Assembly (NCBI GenBank): GCA_043823745.1
Contig: JBDRAN010000003.1
Location: forward strand, 2,958 to 66,957
Direction of reading: 5' to 3'
Length of the DNA stretch: 64,000 bases
From: Candidatus Omnitrophota bacterium
GTDB taxonomy: Bacteria > Omnitrophota > Gorgyraeia > Duberdicusellales > 4484-171
Part shown: positions 57,139 through 64,000 of the stretch, piece after piece
Layout: every line of letters begins with the position of its first letter
Position numbering within the stretch: the first letter of the stretch is position 1
Made by a program: the position numbers and the translations under genes
The notes under the pieces: model-generated
What the model saw: the letters and a program-made list of their open reading frames with translations, nothing else
Databases searched by the model: none
What the model was told of the DNA's origin: nothing

Positions 57139-57621
57139 ATGAATTATAATGACGAAGAACGCCTACAATCGCTTATTATTCGCTACCAACAGAAAGTCTT
57201 TGCATTGGTGTTCTATTTGATAGGCGGCGATCAGGATAAGACTTACGACATTTGCGCATCAAGTTTTGCCGAGGCAGCGCGCGTACGCTCGTCCCTGGAA
57301 CACGAAGAGGCATTTCTAATTACGCTTATAGGTATTGCTATTGAAAGATCCCGCGCCGCGAAAACAATCCCTGTTTCTAATGAGCTTGGCCTGTTGGAGC
57401 TTCCCGATGCGGAAAAAGGACCTCTTCGCATGGTATTAAAGGCCCTTCGGGCATTGGACTTTGACGCAAAGGCGTTAGTGCTTTTACGGGATCAGCTAAA
57501 TCTTTCTTATAGCGAGATCGCAGCAATCATGCGGAGTTCTGAAAGTACTACGAGGCCTAAAGTAACCCAGGCGCGCGCCCGGCTTAGAAAAATGATCGAG
57601 GATACATTGCATTATGCATAA
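57139..57621 (+). CDS. ECF-type sigma factor (sigma-70 regions 2 and 4)
   Basis: Region-4 HTH LSYSEIAAIMRSSESTTRPKVTQARARLRK. No SD sequence. The alternative TTG start is at 57109. Confidence 0.6.
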   Translation: MNYNDEERLQSLIIRYQQKVFALVFYLIGGDQDKTYDICASSFAEAARVRSSLEHEEAFLITLIGIAIERSRAAKTIPVSNELGLLELPDAEKGPLRMVLKALRALDFDAKALVLLRDQLNLSYSEIAAIMRSSESTTRPKVTQARARLRKMIEDTLHYA

Positions 57622-59059
57622 TGAAATTAATATGAGTTGTGATGACATTAAGAAAAAACTACAGCCCTTCTTGGATGATCTGCTCGCAGAAGACGAGTAT
57701 AAGGCCTTTTCCGCCCATATCGACAATTGCGGCAAATGCAGCGAGCACGTACGGTCTATTGGCGCATTATCAAATCAACTATGGAAATTGGGCAAAGTCA
57801 GAGTTCCGGAAGATCTCGGCTCTACAATAATGTATAAGCTCACTCACCCTAAAGAAAAAACCCAACCATCTAAATTTGTAATATCAAAAAAGCATATTGT
57901 TATAGGTTCTATTTTGGTTTTATTAGCAATTACGGCTTTTTTCGGAATTAATTATTTTAGAAATCAACAACACCCCCATGATAGAGAAAATATCCCTATA
58001 ATCAGAACAGAGATAGTTCGTACACAAAAACCTCCGAGTGATAGTGAAGCACAATCGCTCCTTAAACAGCTAGAGATAATTGCGGCTAAGTTGGGGATTT
58101 CCGGAAAAGATAAAGCTCCCGACGTAGACCTTGAGAAAGAAAGCGTTGTTGATAAAAAGGGTTTAGTCGCAGAAGAGCCCCAAATTAATAACAAAGTTGT
58201 GGTTCCAAAGATAAGACCATTACACTGGCATTTTTGTTATTCTCAAAAGGTTGAGACCGCGCAATCACAAAAGGAAATACAGCGGATTGAGCTAAGAATA
58301 GAGCAGGAACTCAAGAAAAAAGAAGCACTAAATACAGAAATAGAACATTTAAGGGAACAAATTCGCCAGACAGGGCGTGGACAGCATTATTCTGAAGATA
58401 TTCAAGAAACCGTATCGAAGCAGAAACCACAATTAGAGGTTGAATTACAAAAAAGACTGGATAACCTGGAAGAACTGGATATTAATGTAAAGCACCTTGA
58501 AGAAGAAAAACAGAAATTAGAATCTGCATTACGCCAAAGCGTTGAGGAAAAACGCCGAAATGAATCTGAGCGCAAAAGGAAACTATTCAACGCCCTTACC
58601 GCTCTTGGTATTGGGCCGGACTATCAAAAACATGATGTCTTAGTTTTCACCGGTTCAGGCGAGAAAATCGAAGGCGTTATTGAACAGATTCTGTTTATTT
58701 CTGAAAATTCGTCTAATTTTCGTAATTTTACGACCAATGTCCTTACAGTACCGGATAAAGAAAACAGGGTTTCTATCTATCTTGAACATGATGAGGCTGG
58801 GCCTCTCCATTGGCATATCGATCCTATCATACCAAGCAAAAAAACCAATACACTTGATATTATAAAAGAACTCAGCAACACAATTGATTATGAATCAGAT
58901 GAATTATTGATTCTATCTATTCCTGAACCAGAAATTGAGAAATTGCGCAACCGAATACAGGCTACCGGGGTTTCTCTTTCAGAGTATGGTTCTATGGAAT
59001 CGCAAAAAAGGACTTTAAGCAGCGGTCCTGTAACTATATCAATTTATTTTACGAAATGA
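57614..59059 (+). CDS. Anti-sigma factor (zf-HC2 HxxxCxxC, one TM) with a long periplasmic coiled-coil/C-terminal domain
   Basis: HIDNCGKCSEH, TM IVIGSILVLLAITAFF, then a Glu/Lys-rich coiled coil. An alternative ATG is at 57632. Confidence 0.6.
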   Translation: MHNEINMSCDDIKKKLQPFLDDLLAEDEYKAFSAHIDNCGKCSEHVRSIGALSNQLWKLGKVRVPEDLGSTIMYKLTHPKEKTQPSKFVISKKHIVIGSILVLLAITAFFGINYFRNQQHPHDRENIPIIRTEIVRTQKPPSDSEAQSLLKQLEIIAAKLGISGKDKAPDVDLEKESVVDKKGLVAEEPQINNKVVVPKIRPLHWHFCYSQKVETAQSQKEIQRIELRIEQELKKKEALNTEIEHLREQIRQTGRGQHYSEDIQETVSKQKPQLEVELQKRLDNLEELDINVKHLEEEKQKLESALRQSVEEKRRNESERKRKLFNALTALGIGPDYQKHDVLVFTGSGEKIEGVIEQILFISENSSNFRNFTTNVLTVPDKENRVSIYLEHDEAGPLHWHIDPIIPSKKTNTLDIIKELSNTIDYESDELLILSIPEPEIEKLRNRIQATGVSLSEYGSMESQKRTLSSGPVTISIYFTK

Positions 59060-59068
59060 GGATTAATT

Positions 59069-59833
59069 ATGGCAAAAATTCTTATTGTAGATGATGAAGC
59101 CCGTATCAGGGAACTTCTTCGAAAAGCCCTTACGAGAGAAGGACACGAGGTTGTTAGTGTTCCTTCAACCGAGCAGTCATTGGAGCTTATCTTTAAAGAG
59201 CCATTTGACCTTTTGCTTTTAGATGTTAGGCTCTCCAGAGAATCCGGCCTTTCTGTTTTAAGGAAGGTCAGAGAATACCAAAAAGAAGTTCCAATAGTGG
59301 TTTATTCAGGTGCCATTACGCCTGAACTTGATAAAGAAGCGAGAGAAGCCGGCGCGAATGAAGTATTAAGTAAAGATATTGATGTGCTTCAGCTTGTAGC
59401 GCAAATAGGAAAGATTGTAAATGCTAAAAACAGGATTTTTCAGAAACCTCTTACAAAGGAAGAAAAATCACTTCTTGTTGTTGATGATGAAGAAGGCATC
59501 CGCCGAGTCTTGAGAGAGTTTTTTGTGCGTAAGGGGTATAAAGTTTTTGAGGCAGAAAACGGTGAGAAGGCACTTGGGCTTGCACGTTCTGAAAAAATAT
59601 CAGCAGTTTTATTAGACATGAAAATGCCGGGCATGAATGGTATAGAAACACTAAAGAGGCTCTTAGAGATTAATCCTAAACTTGGCGTTGTTATGACTAC
59701 TGCGGTGGAAGATGAAGATAAGGTCAAAAAAGCGTTAGAATTAGGGGCATATAGCTACGTATTGAAGCCTTGCGATTTTATGTATCTTGAGCTCGTGGTG
59801 ATGTCGAAGTTGGTTATAGCTGGAAGTGATTAG
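59069..59833 (+). CDS. Tandem receiver (REC-REC) response regulator without output domain
   Basis: Two complete receiver domains (ILIVDDE...D...; LLVVDDEEG...D...K). Confidence 0.8.
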   Translation: MAKILIVDDEARIRELLRKALTREGHEVVSVPSTEQSLELIFKEPFDLLLLDVRLSRESGLSVLRKVREYQKEVPIVVYSGAITPELDKEAREAGANEVLSKDIDVLQLVAQIGKIVNAKNRIFQKPLTKEEKSLLVVDDEEGIRRVLREFFVRKGYKVFEAENGEKALGLARSEKISAVLLDMKMPGMNGIETLKRLLEINPKLGVVMTTAVEDEDKVKKALELGAYSYVLKPCDFMYLELVVMSKLVIAGSD

Positions 59834-59856
59834 AAGTTACTAAAAAAGAGAAAACC

Positions 59857-60224
59857 GTGGCTAAGAAAATATTGGTTATTGATGACGAGGAAAATATTTG
59901 CTCGCTGGTAAGCACATTTCTCGAGAAAAAGGGATACGCTGCCGTAACGGCAAGGAAGGCATCAAAATCGCTCAGCATCGTAGGCCGGATTTAATACTTC
60001 TCGATATTAACATGCCTAAGATGGACGGCTTTGCGGTTTTAGATAAACTCAAAAATTCCGAAAAGACAGTAGCTATTCCGGTGATAATGCTTACCGGAAG
60101 AGGCGATGATGAATCTAAAGTGAAAGCCTCAGGCCTATATTCGGAATATTATATAACCAAACCTTTTGACCTGGAAGAATTAGACGCTAAAATAAAACAG
60201 ATATTTGAAATAAGAGGCGAGTAG
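59857..60224 (+). pseudogene. CheY-like receiver gene with a frameshift near 59935
   Basis: A GTG-start frame gives MAKKILVIDDEENICSLVSTFLEKKGYAAVTA and then stops. A second frame continues NGKEGIKIAQHRRPDLILLDINMPKMDGF... to 60224. Confidence 0.6.
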
Positions 60225-60944
60225 GGATTTTATCAATATGTACGAGGTTATCACGAAATGATATCAGAGATTGATGCCGTATAAACCCCCCTTAAGACAC
60301 AAAAAACACGGCCTTAAACGGAAAAAGCCCATAAAAAGAGTGTCGATTTCCTATCACAACTATAGTCAGGAAAGCACCCTTAGTCATCCAAGGAAGGATA
60401 CCTAAAGGGACTGTCGCGAAACGCGTCAGTCCCCGATTACAACGATTAATTCGTGATTACAATGATTGAAAATATTAGTGTTTTAATCGCTGTAATCTTT
60501 TTTAATCTATGGAATCAGGCGCTGTTGCATAATAGCACCAGCGCCCTAAAATACTTCAGAGAAAGTACCCCTAAAGAATAACCGGGAACCAGACCAGAAA
60601 CAAACACTTCCGAGTAGCCCTAAAAACGCTTATCCATTGAGAAAGAACGACCACCCTATATACTTCCTATAATATACATTATGTTACCTTTTTTGTATGG
60701 TCTTTTCTCCCCTATCCACTTGTGGTGCAAATAGTTGTGTAAATAATATAAAATGCTGTGAATTCGGTCTTCCATACTTACCGGTCTCTTTCTTTCTTCT
60801 CCTTTACTCGATTGATCTGCTATTTGGCCTAACCACATACTCTTTATTAAACACAAGCCACCTAAGACACCATCTCTCCATATCAATGCAATCTAGGGGT
60901 ATCCAGAGGCTAGTTTGAGGGTCTCTGTGGGTGGTCAAAAAAGC

Positions 60945-60973
60945 AAAAAGCGGGATTTTGATCCCGCTTTTTT
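60945..60973. terminator. Bidirectional rho-independent terminator (A-run/hairpin/T-run)
   Basis: aaaaa-gcgggat-tttg-atcccgc-tttttt. Confidence 0.65.
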
Positions 60974-60981
60974 CTTCTTCA

Positions 60982-61006
60982 CAAAAAAAGGGCCGATAAG
61001 GGCCCG
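60982..61006 (-). terminator. Minus-strand terminator for the convergent operon
   Basis: Minus strand reads gggccc-ttatc-ggccc followed by TTTTTTT. Confidence 0.55.
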
Positions 61007-61214
61007 TAAACCCGATTTGCAACCCAGCCGCCATAATAGCCATCTCGGTGCCTAACTTGCCCATCATGGGCACATCCACTTAAAGAGCAACGGCTTCCGG
61101 AGCTACTTTAGGCCTGTGGCTTTGCGCCCCCCGATTTCTCGAGGTTTACCCTTATCGGCAATTTAGATATACTATATTTTTTGGAAAGTTTCAAGGAAGA
61201 ATGAAAATAAGAAT

Positions 61215-61676
61215 TTAACGCCTGTGCAGCGTGCGAAAATATTGAGTTATGGTAAGTACCATAAGTACGAGAATATAAGAAACTATCCCGCAGCAGGCAG
61301 CCACGACACAATAGCCAACGATAACCGGGAAAATTATTTTTAAGGCGGCTAGGCTGAATAGTTTAACAAAATGAAAATCCCTGAAAAAAACAACCCAGTT
61401 TATGCGCACCGTCTCATAATCAAATCCGGTTATTCGCGCACCGACGGTAACCGAGAATGCAAAGATAACCAGACTGAGCCATGTATTGGTAAGAAGGCCT
61501 CCCAGGAGCGCGCTCGCGCGATTAACCCGAAATAACGTCGCAAGAAATAATGCCGCCAAGGGTCCGGTGCCCGGAAGAATACCCGAGAAAACACCGATAC
61601 CAAAGCCGGCGGCCACCCGCTGAGGGGTATCATTAACTTTAAAAAGCTTCTTAAAAAACGTTCGTATAAATTTCAT
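61215..61676 (-). CDS. DUF2062-family membrane protein
   Basis: Conserved DUF2062 N-terminal pattern (RVAAGFGIGVFSGILPGTG...) and 3-4 TM helices. Confidence 0.55.
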   Translation of the reverse strand: MKFIRTFFKKLFKVNDTPQRVAAGFGIGVFSGILPGTGPLAALFLATLFRVNRASALLGGLLTNTWLSLVIFAFSVTVGARITGFDYETVRINWVVFFRDFHFVKLFSLAALKIIFPVIVGYCVVAACCGIVSYILVLMVLTITQYFRTLHRR

Positions 61677-61747
61677 TTTTTTGCCGTCTCCCCCCCCTCA
61701 CTTATTGAGCCCCCGCTCTTTTAGGGTAAGAAAATTATACCACTCCT

Positions 61748-62701
61748 CTACAGCAACTCATCTAACGCTTCAGGGGTAAAATGAACACCGGCTAAGTCCT
61801 CGCGACTCTCATACTCTTGCACCCAGCCACGTAACCCCAGCTCTTCAACCTGGTCACGGATAGCCTGATACTCGTGGCGACGAATGCGCTCGGTCAAACG
61901 CGGATACACTGAAGCTTTATGGTAGGGCTGGTATTGAAACATCACGCTCACCAGGGCTCTCGGAAGGTGTTCTTTGAGCCAGGCAATCACGGCGAGGCTT
62001 TCATCGACATGCCCCGGCAAAACGAGATGCCGCACAATAATGCCGCTGCGTAACAGGTCGCCATCCCATAGCGCCGTTTGCGCCTGCGCAGACATGGCAA
62101 TGATCGCTTCCTGATTTATACGGGGGTAATCCGGGGCTGCCGAATAACTCTTCGCCGTTTCAGGCCTTATGTATTTCATATCAGGAAGATAAATATCAAC
62201 AATGCCTTCAAGAAGCCGAATGATTGCGGGACTTTCGTAGCCTGACGTATTGTACACAATGGGGCTGGCAAGCCCCTGGGCTAAGGCCATATCCAATGCC
62301 TCTACTATCTGGGGTAGCAGGTGGGTTGGAGTCACCAGATTAATATTATGTGCTCCCTTTTTCTCGAGACTGAGCATAACATGGGCTAATTCCCGGGTGC
62401 TCAAAATCCTGCCGGCACCTTGATGCGAAAACCTATAATTCTGACAATACACGCATTGCAGGTTACAACCTGAAAAAAATATAGTCCCGCTCCCGCCTAT
62501 ACCGCTTATCGCCGGCTCCTCCCCATGATGAAGGAACGCGGTATACACGCGCATCTCCCCTGCCAGGCCACAGGCACCCCGCTCCCCTTTCCCGCGATTA
62601 ACCCGACAGCTACGGGGGCATATATCGCAGGAAGATAACCGTTCCCGCAATCCGGAACGGATTGCCGCAACGCGCTGTATTTTATCATTTCTTGAGCACA
62701 T
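61748..62701 (-). CDS. Radical SAM enzyme, PflA-like, AmmeMemoRadiSam-system type
   Basis: CNLQCVYCQN (CX3CX2C) preceded by an accessory N-terminal CDICPRSC...GAC motif and GGSGTIFFSGC. Confidence 0.65.
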   Translation of the reverse strand: MCSRNDKIQRVAAIRSGLRERLSSCDICPRSCRVNRGKGERGACGLAGEMRVYTAFLHHGEEPAISGIGGSGTIFFSGCNLQCVYCQNYRFSHQGAGRILSTRELAHVMLSLEKKGAHNINLVTPTHLLPQIVEALDMALAQGLASPIVYNTSGYESPAIIRLLEGIVDIYLPDMKYIRPETAKSYSAAPDYPRINQEAIIAMSAQAQTALWDGDLLRSGIIVRHLVLPGHVDESLAVIAWLKEHLPRALVSVMFQYQPYHKASVYPRLTERIRRHEYQAIRDQVEELGLRGWVQEYESREDLAGVHFTPEALDELL

Positions 62702-63221
62702 CGTGAATTTGAGCCCGGTACAATTCTCTTATCGTATGAAAAAGTGCCAGGTGGCTTTGGCTCTTATAATCAGGATAGGTCGTAGGAAAGCTGCAGAACG
62801 CTTTATCCTGGTAACAAAGGGTTACCTCGGCATAAATCCCTTTTCCCAGGTATAAACGGTGGTAAAAATCCTTCGTTGTGGCAAGAACAAGTTTTGCCTC
62901 ATTGAGATAGCCCGGATCGATATTAACGCTCCGGCGCTTCTGACGCGCATAGGTGCGCTCAATCCTCATCGAAGCTATTTTGAGCACGACAAGGTATTCC
63001 GGATTACGCAGGCGCCGAAAAACAATGAACCTGCGAAAAAGCGGCTTACCCATTTCATGACAATAATACTCGGTAAAGGTGAATTCAAAACGTTCGCTTT
63101 CATAATCAAGCGCGCCGCCAATTTTTATAAGTTCTTTTTTTGCCTTTTGATAGAGATCTTCGCTGGTATAGATGAGGCTTGCGAAAAATTTTACCGGCAA
63201 GGGAAAATGCCTTGTAAGCAT
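62685..63221 (-). CDS. Conserved hypothetical protein (possibly DUF4416-like)
   Basis: An ORF of 178 aa whose stop overlaps the rSAM start. No recognisable motif. Confidence 0.35.
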   Translation of the reverse strand: MLTRHFPLPVKFFASLIYTSEDLYQKAKKELIKIGGALDYESERFEFTFTEYYCHEMGKPLFRRFIVFRRLRNPEYLVVLKIASMRIERTYARQKRRSVNIDPGYLNEAKLVLATTKDFYHRLYLGKGIYAEVTLCYQDKAFCSFPTTYPDYKSQSHLALFHTIRELYRAQIHDVLKK

Positions 63222-63605
63222 TTATGCGTTAGCGGTAGGAAAAACCGATCGGTGATGAACGTGACTATTAATATAAGAAACGAGAGCTTTGCGGTCAGAT
63301 TCTTTTATGTCGTTAAAATAGATGCCGACATGATACGCGTATTTACCATTATCGCGTACATGCTCCGTGCGGACTACAACACCCTGGCAGCGGATCTTTT
63401 TAACGGTTGAGCGTCCGCGGGCGTTGGCGAGCGGAATCAAAATAATAATGGCAAGCTTGGTCATCGCCTCAAAGGGCTTGCTGACCGCGCAGTAAACCCC
63501 GTTACCACTGATATTCTTGGTCTCCGTAACCACGTCAAAATCGACGTCAGAAAGCTTCAGAGACACCGATTTGATAATTCGAGGATATTGTCGTTTATCT
63601 TTCAT
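63222..63605 (-). CDS. PilZ-domain protein
   Basis: RQYPR (RxxxR) and NISGNGVYC (D/NxSxxG) motifs. Confidence 0.7.
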   Translation of the reverse strand: MKDKRQYPRIIKSVSLKLSDVDFDVVTETKNISGNGVYCAVSKPFEAMTKLAIIILIPLANARGRSTVKKIRCQGVVVRTEHVRDNGKYAYHVGIYFNDIKESDRKALVSYINSHVHHRSVFPTANA

Positions 63606-63613
63606 GCGAATAT

Positions 63614-63760
63614 TTAGGCGGGCTGCTTCTTCTTTTTCAAGAATTCCTTAAAGCAGGATTTATTGCAGAAATAACCGCTGTCCCGATAGTACCAGGAGAC
63701 TCGTTTCATAGACTTGTTACAGCTTAAACAATTTTTTCTTTTTTCCTCGGTTTTTGCCAT
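63614..63760 (-). CDS. Small Cys-rich zinc-ribbon-like protein, 48 aa (MAKTEEKRKNCLSCNKSMKRVSWYYRDSGYFCNKSCFKEFLKKKKQPA)
   Basis: CxxC...CxxxC pattern. Lies between two PilZ genes. Below the ORF-track cutoff. Confidence 0.35.
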   Translation of the reverse strand: MAKTEEKRKNCLSCNKSMKRVSWYYRDSGYFCNKSCFKEFLKKKKQPA

Positions 63761-63766
63761 AGTATT

Positions 63767-64000
63767 TTATGCGTTATACATTTTGCTCAATAAACGCGTG
63801 AGGGCGCCCTTGCTTGATTCACTCACCTCGACGAACTGTAACCCCGCGGAGTAACGATCCGCGACACTCTCTTTCGCACACCAAACTACCTTCGCTTTTA
63901 TATCAACAATCGCATCGATAAGGTTAATGTTAAGCTTGAATGTCTCTCCACATGCGAGAAAATCATTACTCACGATACGCACGCCTGTGGCGCTTAAATC
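63767..64000 (-). CDS. PilZ-like protein; the ORF runs off the window end
   Basis: The reading frame stays open to the window edge. The sequence has PilZ C-terminal-domain character. Confidence 0.4.
   Translation of the reverse strand, partial: DLSATGVRIVSNDFLACGETFKLNINLIDAIVDIKAKVVWCAKESVADRYSAGLQFVEVSESSKGALTRLLSKMYNA

Noticed and set aside
60804-61079. 91-aa minus-strand ORF in the ORF-free region
   Set aside because: It spans two terminator hairpins, has no RBS, and has an odd composition (MDVPMMGKLGTEMAIM...).

Overview
This 64 kb window is a gene-dense segment, almost entirely on the + strand, from an anaerobic diderm bacterium of roughly 45% GC with frequent TTG/GTG starts. I assign no lineage. 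In order the window holds:

- (1) A partial 5' gene tail and a roughly 700 nt ORF-poor stretch that contains a structured repeat element.
- (2) trxA, a small secreted protein and a DUF4870 membrane protein.
- (3) A 12 kb operon for an unusual membrane-bound group-4 [NiFe] hydrogenase: a HydB/HydG-like (sulfhydrogenase beta/gamma, AsrAB-like) FeS/flavin module, then HycB-, NuoH-, NuoB-, NuoC-, NuoD(large subunit)- and NuoI-like subunits, plus a seven-subunit Mrp antiporter module. It is followed by a HAD-hydrolase::HycI maturation-protease fusion, a lipoprotein and an SNase-like nuclease.
- (4) Housekeeping genes: glyQS (alpha2 type), ppdK, a compact sigma-70 factor and apt.
- (5) A Fur-family regulator flanked by two copies of a 9-5-9 palindrome, then a His-rich membrane protein, a TonB-dependent receptor and exbB-exbD-tonB.
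- (6) tRNA-Arg(CCU) followed by a 1.5 kb highly structured non-coding leader. The leader has a consensus sigma-70 promoter, a cobalamin riboswitch, a terminator, a 26-nt x4 tandem repeat inside flanking direct repeats, and a triple hairpin array.
- (7) A 12 kb corrinoid salvage/nucleotide-loop/transport operon. It opens with a translationally coupled 38-aa peptide gene and a radical-SAM/SPASM enzyme, then cobC, cobU, cobT, cobS, cobD, cobQ, cbiB, a Dph6/MJ0570-like PP-loop ATP pyrophosphatase, btuFCD and cobO. A second cobalamin riboswitch precedes btuB.
- (8) An orphan zf-HC2 anti-sigma factor, uppP, a STAS::PilZ fusion, small secreted proteins, a PNPOx-like protein and an orphan MobC-like gene with an inverted repeat and terminator.
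- (9) A dense signalling cluster: an XRE regulator, cheD, a dCache/HAMP/PAS histidine kinase carrying a 10x 21-nt heptad tandem repeat, CheY-like receivers, a frameshifted REC-HD-GYP gene, two more kinases, an ECF sigma/anti-sigma pair, a REC-REC protein and a frameshifted receiver.
- (10) A roughly 1 kb ORF-free region bounded by terminators.
- (11) A convergent minus-strand block: a DUF2062 protein, an AmmeMemoRadiSam-type radical SAM enzyme, a hypothetical protein, two PilZ proteins and a 48-aa zinc-ribbon ORF.

The novelty candidates I rank highest are the riboswitch-led peptide + rSAM/SPASM + Dph6-like genes embedded in the corrinoid operon, the HydBG-Mbh-Mrp hybrid hydrogenase with its HAD::HycI fusion, and several conserved structured non-coding repeats.
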